This document shows, in pieces, positions 26,805 to 40,560 of a stretch of DNA of 64,000 nt. Position numbers and translations under genes: made by a program. Origin of the DNA: Octopus vulgaris (taxonomy: Eukaryota); NCBI GenBank assembly GCA_951406725.2, contig OX597814.1, positions 148,552,001 through 148,616,000 on the forward strand, in the 5' to 3' direction. How positions within the stretch are numbered: position 1 is the stretch's first letter; every line of letters starts with the position of its first letter. The notes under the pieces were generated by a model, which did no database searches, was not told the origin of the DNA, and saw only the letters and a list, made by a program, of their open reading frames with translations.

Positions 26805-27779
26805 TTTCTACCTATTTTCTTTCTCACTCTCTCAGAAATGTCTGAGACAATTTCAATCTTCTTCAGGAAAATCCAGCTAAATTTAATATCCTACTAGACC
26901 AAACATAGGCAACATTCCTCTTGAGGAGAACAGCATAAAGCATGAAACGTGGACAAGCATCAGACAGCCTGCGCTACAAGAATGCAACAAAATAATTTTT
27001 CGCTAGGGATTTCAGAAAGTTGGTTCATGGCTGTTCTAAACTATGCCGAAATTATCATAGCTTCTGTAGCATCATTTAACATAAATGCACACGATAACCA
27101 GATTTGAGTAGTAATCTCTACTTCAGATATTCATTTTCAAAAAGCAGAAGCCTTAAATTTATAATATGTTAAAGTCCAGTTTTTCCACAAAGAAAAGGTA
27201 TAATTTTCAAGCAGAACGTAGGGGATATTTTGCTTTATAATTCTTAAATATTACATATTAAACATGCGAATATGTACGATTGGGAATATGAAGTACGGGA
27301 TATTTTTATATCTTGTGTGATCTCTTTGAAGCGCTAAGACATTGGATATAAGCTTATATGTATAAATGAGTCAAATAATACATTAGTGTTTGTGTATTAA
27401 TAAGAGTGTGAGTAGTTAGGTGAAGGAGTGAGTCTGTGAAAGATTCATGAAGGCACAGAACGTGCGCAGATGAGTCAATTAATGAATGATGCAGTGAATG
27501 AGCGTATAAAGAAAACGGGCTAATAACTGCATGAATAACTCAGTGAGTGCTGTCAGTTGTCGGGTTAGCAAGACGATATGTCAGTGCGTCTCAGAGGGAA
27601 CGTGTCATGACTTGTGAAAGTGGATATGCTCGTAAATGAGTGATATAGAGAACAATAGGCTGGAAGTGTTTATATGATATTTGGAATTAAATGATATGAT
27701 ATTTGGAATTAAACTACGATAATAAATCCACGAATATAATATATACTAATTTAAATTTTATATGGGGAATATATATGTT

Positions 27780-27970
27780 TCTCATACAGGCGCAAAGTTT
27801 CTCAGTTTGAATCGATTAAATTGGTCAGAATCTTTAAATAGTGTTTATTTTATTGAATGTGGAAAGATAACATATATAATTGACTTCGTGAAATTTGAAT
27901 GCCACATACAAAAAAGGAAACTACATAACATTCGGGAATTTTTGCGGTACTCTAATATTTTTGTCATCCT
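27780..27970 (-). mobile_element. Very decayed SINE, family A
   Basis: Residual similarity to 31547-31761 (aggcgcaaag, ttgacttcgtgaaatttgaa). Confidence 0.4.
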
Positions 27971-29984
27971 AACTTCACAGCATTTATCGAAAAATCGTAG
28001 CTACTAATAGAGAACGTAGGGAAATGTGTATCACTTAAAAATTTCTTTTAGACCAAATTGATTCTATTTAAACTAGTGTTTAAAGCATTGTTTTCAAAGA
28101 AACATTACAACGGCGAATCAATTTGTAACTTTTTCTGTAAGTTAATATATATCTTAAATATATTTTTATGCGGCGGGGCTGCTTCCTTACTGTTAAGTTT
28201 TCTGAATACCTGAGGACATTGCAACTGATTTTTCTATTAGTATAGAAAATTAAATCGTCAATTCGATCACTACCGTGCTTGTGCTTGTGCAATAAAGCAG
28301 CTTCATGTATGTCGAAAATATGTTGAGATGTTCGATGATCCTTACTCATCGCATGGTTGCTGGTTCGGCTACATATGTCTACTAAGAGTCTAGAGGCAAT
28401 GTTCTAGTAAACAGTGGAATTTTAATCGTTTTATGCGATTTGAAATTCGAGTACAACTATTCAAAATAATATAACATAGAGTGAAATATCTGAAAGAGGA
28501 GGATTTCCAAGGCTTCTATGCTGTTGGCATTTTTGAAGTCGTAGCCCAGTGATCAATAAGCTCCTATTATAATTTCCGAATTTTTCCATCCTTCGCATAG
28601 CAGCTTGTCGAAAGTTTTTTTTTCTTTTTTAATCATAATATAGATTCGGGTGCCAAAACGTATATCAGTGCATTATGGGACCTTGGGACGGAGAGAGAGA
28701 GAGAGCGAGAGAGATTGCATGTTTTGATTTCAAAGACATGAAGGTGAACCATTGTAACTTCAAATGAGCTCATTATGTTGCATATGTTCGGAGTTTGCAA
28801 TTCGAGGATATTTTCTCTTCTCTATAACGAGTCACTGAGACTGCGGAAAGGGAATACAATGTGCTTTCATCTTCGGGTTAGTCATTAAACAAGTTAGAGT
28901 GTTTATACATCATCTTGAACCATAATATGGAGATAGTAATTCAAGAGAACATAAAGTATTGCAAAGTAGTATCTTATTTCATGCATTTTAAATAGCATTG
29001 CGGACAAAAAGAGAAAGAAATGGTCTGAACTTAATTGACTGCTAAAAGTTTAGCCTTAGACTTTGCATCAGTTTTCGATTAATTTCGTTTATGAGATGAC
29101 TTATGAGAACCACTGTAATTCAGGTGAGCAGCGTAGAGGAAATCTAAGTTACTGGAATCCCACGTTTCAAACTTTATACAGGGTTTAATCTTTTTAAGAC
29201 ACTTCACAGAGGAATACTCTTCATCATTTTCCTTGAAAATTTGGTGACAATGTTTCTGTATCTTGACAGCTACAAGTGCTTGTTCCGATTTGGGAAATCT
29301 GGTATTTAAAGTTTTATGTTCCTTAAAGATTTTTGTTAAGTTTTCTCATTCCACTCTTATCGTAGTGACCGGTGGGATACAATGCATGATGAGACAAATA
29401 CAAACTAATTGTGGCAAAAAAGAAAAAGGAAATTTGATATGAACTTCTAAGATTCACAAGCACACACATTCGCAAGAACACGTGTTAGTTTGTATGCGTA
29501 CAACGTTTATGTAAAATCGCACATAAAGATATTGACCATTGATTAAATGAAAAAGCATGCAATACATCTAAGTCCAGTACTAAATTGATTTTAAAAGTAA
29601 ATGATTGTCAGTGACCAGGAGGATTTCCTTAGGCTTTTTTTACAATAAATGCATACATACACATGCAAACGTACATACATGCATGCATGCATATATACGC
29701 GCAAACATACATGTATACATTTATATGGGATGGACACACACATGTATATGTGTGTGAGTGAGTGTGTGTATGTGTGAGTACGTTTGTGCATTTGTGTGCA
29801 CGCAATTATTTATGTATATATATATTTATGTATATATATAGGGAGAGTTTACGAAATAACAAAAGACGAAGACAGGTGGTGTACAAATATACATATATTC
29901 ACACGCACACACACACACACATATATTTATAAATACACAAACACAAACACACATATATATATTTATATAAGTACATATATATTT

Positions 29985-30145
29985 TGCCTTTTACTTGATT
30001 CAGTCATCAGACTGGGTCGCCGCTTTGAAGAATATTTAGTCGTATGCAACGACCGCAAATCGTACTTTTTTTTTAAGTCTATCTGTTCTTTTCGCCGAAC
30101 CGCTAGGTACTGGATATGCAAACATACCATATATATGTATATATG

Positions 30146-30202
<57 letters not shown>

Positions 30203-30375
30203 ATATATATATACATATATACGACGGGCTTTTGTCAGTTTCAGTCTACCAAATCCACTCAAGAGTCTTTGATCGGCCTGTGGCTATGCTTGAAGACATT
30301 TGCCCAAGGTGTCACACGTCACACACTGGGAATGAACTTTGCGGTGGGAAGGACGGTTCTTAATATTCAACCCTT
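29985..30375 (-). mobile_element. SINE, family B (decayed)
   Basis: cttttacttgattcagtca...gccgaaccgcta...acgacgggctt...ctaccaaatccactc...tgcccaaggtg. Confidence 0.8.
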
Positions 30376-30399
30376 ATAATTCTATCTTACTGCGGCCTC

Positions 30400-30700
30400 G
30401 ACGAATATTAAACGGAAGAATTGATTCCGATACTCATTTCACTTTAAAGATTGGTATCTATTTTGTCAGTGTCTGTTAACTCTCAAGCACACCATCACCA
30501 GTTGACGTGCATGGAGGAGGACAATCGAAGATACAAAGACACATACATACAAATACATATATGACGGAATTCTTTCAGTTCCTATCTGGCAAATTTACTC
30601 TGAGCGTTTCGTTCCCCGAGAGTGCATAACTGAAAACACTTGTCCAACGTGCCACCACGTGCGACGGAGACCGGAAGCATGTGGGTGTGAACCAAGCTTG
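30400..30700 (-). mobile_element. SINE, family B (more decayed, adjacent tandem copy)
   Basis: atatgacggaattctttcagtt...gaaaacacttgtccaacgtgcc...ccggaagcatgtgg. Confidence 0.65.
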
Positions 30701-30711
30701 TTTGTTCCTTA

Positions 30712-30731
30712 TCTGTCTATCTTTCTTTCTT

Positions 30732-30806
<75 letters not shown>

Positions 30807-30811
30807 CTCTT

Positions 30812-30902
<91 letters not shown>

Positions 30903-30960
30903 CTCTATCTATCTATATATCTATCTATCTATCTGTCTGTCTGTATGTCTGTCTATCTAT
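30712..30960. repeat. (CTAT)n microsatellite
   Basis: Directly visible. Confidence 0.95.
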
Positions 30961-31546
30961 CTAGCTATCTAGCCGTCTGTATTTTTGTCTTCCTGCATTT
31001 TTACGGATGATTGCAGATAAAAATATTTTGTATGAAATTGTTTGGTTTAAATACATGCAATATGCAAGCACATTACCTTAGTAAATATATACGTAAATAT
31101 CATATATATGAAAAATTAAGTGTCCATCAAATCTCATTCACCACCGAGAAGGTTTAATAATATGCATAATCCACACGTATAACTTATGTCCTTTCTACGC
31201 AATGCCAAAAATTACCGTATTTAATTCAACCTAAATGACCTAAATGCATAACCCCTGTATGTCTGTCTCCTGTCTTCTATTTCTATATTCTTCCGTATTC
31301 CTACCAACTTAATTATCTACATTCATTGCGGTCCGTGTTGACATTGATTGCCAATTCAACAGTATCCCGTATAGATACTACCGATAAAAATGATTAATGT
31401 ATATCGTTAATCTCCAAACTAATTACCTGTAAATATCTTCTCATAATTCATTGAAGAATGTCCACGACTGAGCCGATGGTCCTTCCTAAGATATACAAGT
31501 AATTCAACTATTTTCGTTAACTTTGGAGCGCTACTAATACTCATTT

Positions 31547-31761
31547 CTACTATAGGTACAAGGCCTGAAATTTTGGGTGAGGGAGACAGTTGATTAGAGC
31601 AACCCCCAGTATGTAACTGGTACTTAATTTATCATTTATCGACCCTGAATGGATGAAACGTAATTTCCACCTCGGCGAAATTTGAACTCCCAACTTAGCA
31701 ACGAGCGAAATGCCGGTACGTATTTCATCCAGCGTGCTAAAGATTCTGCTAGCTCGCCGCC
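31547..31761 (-). mobile_element. tRNA-derived SINE, family A (near full length)
   Basis: The minus strand begins ggcggcgagctagcagaatctttagcacgctgg (A-box-like), then gagttcaaatttc (B-box-like), then gataaattaagtaccagtt. Confidence 0.85.
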
Positions 31762-32256
31762 CTAGTGCACTAATAATACTACCACTTAATTCTAAGCTAT
31801 AGTACATTTAGTTTATTTCTAAACATATACATCTCCTAATTTGTTCTATTTGATTTTATCTCATTCCCCACTTAAGCTTGTTTAAAATTACATAAATCTA
31901 TTATTATAGTATGATATACACTGACCTAATTCTTCGCATTGATAGTGGAAGTATGTGTGTGGGTGAATATTGTCGGCACATGAATGCGTATTAATACATA
32001 TGTGTGTTATAAATGCACAAATAATTATAGAGCGACATCTGGTCAACTAAACAAATTTGATCTTCTACTGACTACAAAATTACTATCTGACATAAGTATT
32101 TGAATGCGAATTGGTATGAGTGAGTGAATGAGCGTATGTATACGAATGCGTGTACATGGATTTATCTAAGAATATTCATATGACTTATATGCGTTTGTGA
32201 GTGGTTGCAGTTATCAATGAGCTAAGGGTTAGGGTTATATATATATATATAGGTAC

Positions 32257-32382
<126 letters not shown>

Positions 32383-35297
32383 GTGTGTGTGTGTGTGTGT
32401 GCTTATGTATATATATATAGACACACACATACACATATACATATATTGTTCCGCGACATCTTTATCAAAGCCTGTTTGGCGGTAACTTTTGCGTCATTAA
32501 CTAACAATTATCTTTAAATAAAAAAAATATTATTGCACTACTGTTTAGTCGCCAAAACAAAGTTATGTTGAAAAATAGATCCCAACAGCGAACAGCGTGA
32601 ATGTTCAAATGGAATATTTAAGTATCGCAGATGGACGTTTGTATCACTAGATTAGTAAGTAAGCCATATCTTCATTTTATTTTTATGTCAATAATGAACT
32701 TTCTCAGCACCCGACGTAAAGGTAAACAAGGAAAAGTGATTGGCCAATTAAACCGTTTGGAGATTAATGCCCCCAATGAAAATAATAAATAAAACATTTG
32801 CTTCCACTGTTATGTCACAGTTAGATCCATCAATGTTACCTGACGGATTTCAAATATCTAAAAGCGATTGGAATCTAGAACCACGATTTTAATAAACAGA
32901 GAAAAATGTTCTGCAGCATGTATTATGTACTATTTTCCTTTTTATATAAACTGTAATATTTTCTAATTTTATGTGTGTATTTGCGTACGTATGCCTTTAT
33001 AAATTGTTTTGATGGAGCTAAGATCTTTTTCTTGAATGGAGAAGAAAACTGTAAATGGTAAACAGAAATTCGGATATTTACTAAATGAAAAAAACTATAC
33101 GAGCAAGATATTTCGATAACTGTTTTTGGAGTAAAAGCATTGACACATCATAAAGATAATATGTAACTTATTTATAAAATACGATATACAAAAATGCTTC
33201 CGAACTCGCAAAGAAAATGCATTCGGGCACAGAAACCTTTAGTTATTGTTTTTTTTGTTTTTTTTCATTTAAACAGAATATCGTTATTCAGTAGTTATTT
33301 CTTTTCAGCAGCAGCTTCCAAAGGAAACCACCTTCACATATCAAACCTCTATTGGCTGATCAAATATCGTCATATTTATGGTAATACAAAAATATATACC
33401 TTCTTAGGTAGGTTCGCAAAGTCGTCATACACGATAGCACTAAAATACACAAAAGTTAAAGACACATTAGCAAGTGAGTTATAGAGATGTTAGTGTAGAA
33501 TACCTACCCGCGCGCCAATTATGATATTACAGGTGTGTATCGTAATGAGTAAATTTTTTATTGTCATTTAATAACTTATTAAACTTCACATGTAAATGAA
33601 ATGGGAGGAGAAATCATCTTTTTTTAATGTCAACGGGAATGGTAGATAACTTTTCCACCATCAACATATCAAACAGAAAGAGACTTTACCAAAGATTGTG
33701 CAGTCAAATGTAATTGAATCATATCCATCGTTTGAGAAAAATCTATCCTAGCGAATACGATAGACTTTCGGCGAGTTTCCCATCATCGCCCAGCAGATAA
33801 ATATAATGAAGCATGCAAAATCTACTCTCGATTGTATAATAGTTCACCCTAGATATGGAATTATGTCAAAAACTCATGTAATTTTCGTACGAGAACTACG
33901 ATATGCAAACGTGTTTGATAATGCATAACGGAATCACTGAGACAGACTACATAGAGAAATTGCAGAAAGAAAATATTTTTCATCGTTTATATTGAGTGCG
34001 GAGGTGTATCCCAGATACTTGTAACAGTCTCGATTTCGCTAAGGGTAAACGCATGAGGGTTTTGTGAAACACAGCAACAACAGACAGATGCCAGAAATTC
34101 TATATAGATTTCCTTTGATTTACTTCATACACAATCTTCAGCATGCGGTCGTATGTATTGATTCTGAAATCATAAAATCAATTATTAATCAAACAACATC
34201 TGGCATTTAGGGATTTTAGAATTTGTTATAATGTGCATGTATGGAAAAGAAGTTGAAGACTCTAAATTCTGTTTTTTATATTTAGTTATTTTCTGTCATC
34301 AATGAAGAGGGTCAATAAAATAGTAGGGGATAAAACGGCATCTTTATATTTGTGCACTGCTGATTAAAAATCAACATTTATTCAAAAGAATTATCTTGTT
34401 AAAATCAACTCAATTCTTAGAGGAATCCATAGAAGCTTTACTAGCATGAATTTATCTCCTGTAGTTGCAGAGAAATATCCAATATCCGTTACCGGTTTTA
34501 CATTAAATTTGTATAAAATTTAAACGAGTTTTGAAACACAAGTGCAGATTTCATCCTTTCTTAAGCCTTATCGCATCAAGACACGCGTTTGAGAATGCTT
34601 TAATATTATGTTGAATATTGCTTAGAAAGAAAATGATAAACAAATAGAAATATTAAAAAATGTATATTACCAACTTTCAATATATACTATCAATGATTAT
34701 TTTAATGTAATATTCACTCTTTGATTTTAAAAATCTCGAATTGACAGGTTTCGAGAGAAATAGAAAAAATATATGATATATGTATACTGTAAAAAAAAAA
34801 CGACATGTCGGTTTTCGTAATAAAATGATAGCTAAGAAGGCTTTCTGCTGTTTCGGTACACATAAAGAAACCAAAGATTCCAATATTGCTATTCAAACAA
34901 TGTATTCCACACAAATTCAGATATTCAATATCATGCAATTTTTATGTTTGGAATGCTTTCGTTTAGAATCCACACTAAATATAAGTTGAAGAAAATTTAT
35001 GTAAAAACATACGATAAAATATGTTGTACATGTAACCACTGAGTTTGAAGAATTAATATGATATTAATACACATAGATATTACACGTACATATGTACATA
35101 TACATAGATATATACAAATTCAAACACAAACACACACACGTTTATATGTATATGTGCATATATATATGTATATATAAATATGTATATATGTGTGTGTGGG
35201 TGTTTATATTTATATATGTATGTATATATGTGTATGTATGCATGTATGTTTGTATATATGTATACATGTATATACCTAATTTATATAAATGCACACA

Positions 35298-35382
<85 letters not shown>

Positions 35383-35383
35383 G

Positions 35384-35431
<48 letters not shown>

Positions 35432-35979
35432 TACATATGCATATGTATACATAAATATATATAAACATACACACACATACACACACACACATATATATAG
35501 ACAAAATTGTCTATTGTAACGTTATGTGTATGCAAATGAAGCTCCCATTTCATTATGTCAGCTATATATGTACGCATGTATGTATTGATTGATTTCGCTC
35601 TCCAGGAGAGCAAAAATCAATCATCATGGAGGAATTTACAGTACTCTGCGAAGGAAGACGCATCATTATGTTCGAGCTACAAGAAAAGGGAATATCAGTA
35701 ATTGGCTATTGAGGCACCGGTGAAGTGGTGGGGTTTCATCTAATTTCTCGTTGTATTCGGCCCCTGTAGTCTCCCACTGTGTTCGGAGTATTGTTCCCTA
35801 CAAAATATAGGTCTGAAGGCTACATAGAATATAGACATGCCACATCGGAACCAGTGGAAATCAATTGTTAGTTGTGTTCCACAAGAACACTCCCACTAAG
35901 TATACATGTTATAATGCGAAACTATTCTGATTCAATAATCTTAAATGAGGAAGGGTTTCCGGACTGCGATATATTCAGA

Positions 35980-36013
<34 letters not shown>

Positions 36014-38544
36014 CAAACATGCATAAAAATATGTACATATCTGTGTTTGTGTGCGTGTATATATCTATGTATATTATGTATATGTGTCTGTGTGTGTGTA
36101 TGGAGCTTTAGCCAGCAGGAAATGATACCAACGCATTTCAACCCTGAAACTTAATACCCACTCCTATTTATCGGTCGGGCAAATCACTACTTATCATCAG
36201 CTCCTCGCTCTTGCTTCATAACCAGCATGATGCTCTTTCTGCTGCCCCTCATTCCTTGTACACGGCCGCCTGTCGCGTTTTTATTCTCATTCCAATAACT
36301 ATAATCACATCCATAACAACTTGACAGGAAAACCCCTACAGTTACATCGACTATGAGCCTTCATGACCTAATCAATTTTCCCCCTGCAATCCTTTATATA
36401 TGGGAGTGAGATGATAACTCTCTGTTTTCTCGACAACATGTGCATATAAGGCATTAGAAAATGCATAGCAAAAGAATTCCACTTGCATGGAAAATGCATT
36501 TCACATGCTTATACCAATTCATCATTCATTAGAATTTCGACTGCAGTTTATTACGTTTGCACTTCCTTTTTATAGGAACATTTACATACGACATTTATTA
36601 ACGTGAAGTTTAATGAATGCCCTAGTCTTACTGCTTGACATCTTCACCAAACATTATATTCCGGAGCAGTAACTAAACACGAGCCTTCCTATATTATAAA
36701 TTGGATACCTGCCATATTTAAGAATAAGAGTTGAGTAGAGGGACTTCTATGTTGGACTTGCCTGCTTCTTTCAAAGACATAACCGATTCTGATTTCCAAG
36801 CTCTGCAGGTGTAGTGAAACCCATAAAACGAATTGTTAATATATGTATAAAAGTGTGACTTGTCAAACATCATTTAATCTATATTACGATATAAAGACAT
36901 ACATCGCACATTATAGAGCTATTGTACACAAGCTTTGCTACAATTAAGTTCCCATTTTATTTCCATAATGCCCATAGAGACGATCAATAATGTTGGCAAT
37001 AAAAAAAATAAATTATGATAACCTCTGGGATAATATATTTTGCATGCAGAAAGATATTAACTGCTCACAGAATAAAATGAAATAATATTCATATAGACTA
37101 AACTATAATGTCATTGGAGAATATATATGTATGTTAAATGTAGAGAGACATGAAAGAAAGCGAGCTGCAATATAAAATTACAACGCCCGTATACACACAT
37201 ACACGCATACGAGAACAATGATGACAAGTAAATTGATCAAAACAGTAACAATATCTTTCGTATACGGTGGAAATCAATATATATATAATGTAAATAAAGT
37301 TTTACTTATATACATATCAGCTGATTTAATGTGCATTACGGTCGAATATTTAAGAAGGTTATGTTGCAACTACAAGATCCTGGCTTCGATACTGCCACAT
37401 GGGCCTGTGTGAAATAAAGAAATAACATGGGCCTGTGTGAACATCTTTAGTCTTCAACTAGCTGTTAACTTGTGACTGAGATTATGTAAGCAGGAAATGC
37501 AGCGAAAACTGACGGGTCGATTCTACCTGTGGTTTAAAGCAGCCTTAAATCACTCTAAGCTCACTCACATATCGCAACATGTCAAACTGACTTTTTCTGA
37601 TATTCATGCATAAACATATATAAAACAATATACATATATATAACAAATAGCTGGACCTGAGTACAAAGTACTACACACAGAGGTTCTAAACAAAACAATG
37701 GACGTTTAATGCTGAAAAATCATACATTTTTGTGAGCTTGCATTCGCTTGTGCCTATACAAAGATTACGTTAATTTTACTATAGACAAACGACAGTTTCA
37801 CAATATATTTGCATGTAATCTTAGGCAACTGATTTATTCACTAATTTCATTATTATTTGAAATATCAGAGAAGTATTTTCTTACGACTTAACACTCTATT
37901 AATTCTGCTTAGAATTCACGATAAGAAAAACAATTTTAATTTCACTTCTAGAATAAACAAGCCTGTCCTTTTTATTTATTAATGTTTACTCTGCAATTCC
38001 CACGAACAGACGTCAGATAAACTAAATCTCAAATGTCGCATTAATTTCGTAGATAAATCTCTTATAGAGTCTATGCTTTTAACAATCAACACAAGTTTTT
38101 TTTTTTATACAATATAAATAGAATGGATTTAAAATGTTATTAAAAATATTACATTTGAAATCTAATATCACAAATGAATAAAATATAATGGCGAAATATT
38201 GCAAAGAAACTGGAGACTGACAATAGTGTCTCGATCATTAGATTGCTTACAACTAACATCTTTGTTATGGCAATACCTGTATTGCAGACAAAAAGAAAAA
38301 ATGCACTACGATGTGGATCAAATAGACTAGTTAATATATGTTCGGAATACTGATCAGCAATTTTGGTTATATGGAATTATAATGTCGTAAAGTGACTTTC
38401 TGGCTTTTATCTCGAACTGACAGTATATTTAAACAATGTTGTGTACTTCCAGCAGTTTCTATACGAAAATAATACTCTTTATCTGCTGAGAAATGCAAGT
38501 CAGTATATGGACAGCATAATTGTGAGAGTTTTTTAATATTGTGT

Positions 38545-38616
<72 letters not shown>

Positions 38617-38619
<3 letters not shown>

Positions 38620-38932
38620 AAATAATAATAATTGGTATTTTTGTAAGCTTAAATCTTATAGCAATCGCCGTGTAATGACGAAGGGAAATAGTCTAATAAT
38701 GGGCCATATAAGCCCTCGACAGAAAAAGTAGGCTTTCCCATCTGTGTGGGACTCTAACCACATCCCTTTGTAAACGCGACTAAGTGTGTTACCGATTACG
38801 CCATGGGGGAAAGCCTACGTATTTTTTCTGTCGAGGGTTTATATGCCCCATTATTTGACTATTTTCCTTAATCGTTGCATAGTGATAGCTATAAGCTTTA
38901 AGCTTATAAAAATACCATTATCATTATTTACA
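38617..38932. mobile_element. ~315-bp palindromic element, copy 2 (family of 14846-15146)
   Basis: Termini tgtaaataataata..tggtattttt / aaaaataccattatcattatttaca. Internal ccctcgacagaaaaa / tttttctgtcgaggg. Confidence 0.85.
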
Positions 38933-39180
38933 GAATTATACACCTCGACACTGTTTAACAAAAGGAAAAAAACTTCATTCCGACGATGCTGTAAAACGCG
39001 CCTTCCAAGATTTTATTAACTCTAGATTGCCAGGTTTTTACAGTTCCGGGTCGGACCGCCGAAAGGGCAGAAGTGTATTGACGATATAGGTGCATACTTT
39101 GATCAATAAAATGATTCCGTGTATTTATAAAACGTTGGCAAACTTTTTCTTGTCTTCAAATTTTATACTTGACGACCTAT

Positions 39181-39247
<67 letters not shown>

Positions 39248-39283
39248 GAAAGAATGGATTCGAACGAAGATGTTAACAAAATT

Positions 39284-39376
39284 CCTTTACTCTCGACATA
39301 TGTTTCGAAGACAACATGGTTTCATTCCAAAGGAATAAAAGGTGCATTATGCAATCTTCTCATCAGGAAAGAAAGG
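39284..39376 (-). ncRNA. Type I hammerhead ribozyme candidate (intact core)
   Basis: Minus strand: ccuuucuuuc-CUGAUGA-gaagauugcau...auguugucuuc-GAAA-cauau-GUC-gagaguaaagg. Stems I and II pair, and stem III is the palindrome ACAUAUGU. Confidence 0.75.
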
Positions 39377-39420
39377 GAGAATTTCGAAATTTTTGTTTGT
39401 CTTGTTGTCGAGAGATGCTC

Positions 39421-39511
39421 CCTTTCTTTCCTGATGAGAAGATTGCATAATGCACCCTTTATTCCTTTGGAATGAAACCATGTTGTCTTCGAAACATGTC
39501 CAGAGTAAAGG
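39421..39511 (+). ncRNA. Type I hammerhead ribozyme candidate (core intact, first stem I pair mismatched)
   Basis: CTGATGA at 39431-39437, stem II GAAGA/TCTTC, GAAA at 39491-39494, stem III palindrome ACATGT, GUC ending at 39500. Confidence 0.65.
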
Positions 39512-39737
39512 AATTTTTTTAACATCTTCGTTCGACTCCATTCTTTCATTTATTCAAATACAACACACAAATTTCTGCACATGAACCCAGGGTTTCTACC
39601 CTTGGACAGGTCGCTTCAACCGTGTTTCTTATGTGAATTTGCTACCCTGGTTTCGGTTCAACGAATTTTCCGTGCTGACGATAAACATAGGATAATTCAT
39701 TCACCTATTTAAATATATACATACACACACACAAACA

Positions 39738-39857
<120 letters not shown>

Positions 39858-39949
39858 CGTATTCAAAGTGACTAATTTGCCAAGCACCACCAGCATTGCC
39901 AGAACCAAAAGTGTGAACAACTCTTAGCTACAGGTAAAGCACTTATCTA

Positions 39950-40100
39950 TTCTTTCCTACTCGCGGAACAAGGCCTGAAATTTGGGTTGGAGCCAGTCGA
40001 TTACTACACCCACTCCAGTATGCAACTGGTACTTATTTTATCGACTCCGAAAGGAAGAAAGGCAAAGTCAACCTCGGCGGAATTTGAACTCAGAACATAA
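39950..40100 (-). mobile_element. SINE, family A (missing its 5' head)
   Basis: acaaggcctgaaattt...caactggtacttattttatcgac...aaggcaaagtcaacctcggcggaatttgaactc. Confidence 0.8.
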
Positions 40101-40395
40101 AATCATTTATCTCTTGACTGACAAGGGAAAACAGCCTCCCTACACGAAGCGAGGAGTGTCATATCATCGATAATTTCGGATTGAATTAAACCTCACCAGT
40201 GATATTCACTCTGCTGGCTAGGCTTAAATTGAACTCACTATGTATGTTTATAGAAAATACTATACGATTTAGTGGCTGATTCACTAAAACTGTGAAGTGA
40301 AAATTATAAATTAAGGTTGCTACTCGCAGTTTAAAAGCCAAAAGTTTGTAGTACTGTCGTCACTAAAGTGACTAAGGGTGGAGACAGACAGACAT

Positions 40396-40560
<165 letters not shown>

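Larger units (their letters stand above)
39242..39553. mobile_element. Near-perfect 312-bp inverted repeat (probably inverted PLE pseudo-LTRs), next to (CA)n(TA)n
   Basis: Arms ~39242-39379 and ~39418-39553 differ at only a few positions. The spacer is ~38 bp. Confidence 0.9.

Noticed and set aside
33308-33380. Possible internal exon (ttttcAG ... G|GTAATA); also a possible terminal exon at 46472-46530 (CYDEDLERHRGICELLGT*)
   Set aside because: Splice-like signals are common in AT-rich DNA, and I recognise no protein similarity.
35586-35623. 18-bp hairpin tgattgattt.gctctcc / ggagagc.aaaatcaatca
   Set aside because: It is real but isolated, with no associated motif or second copy.
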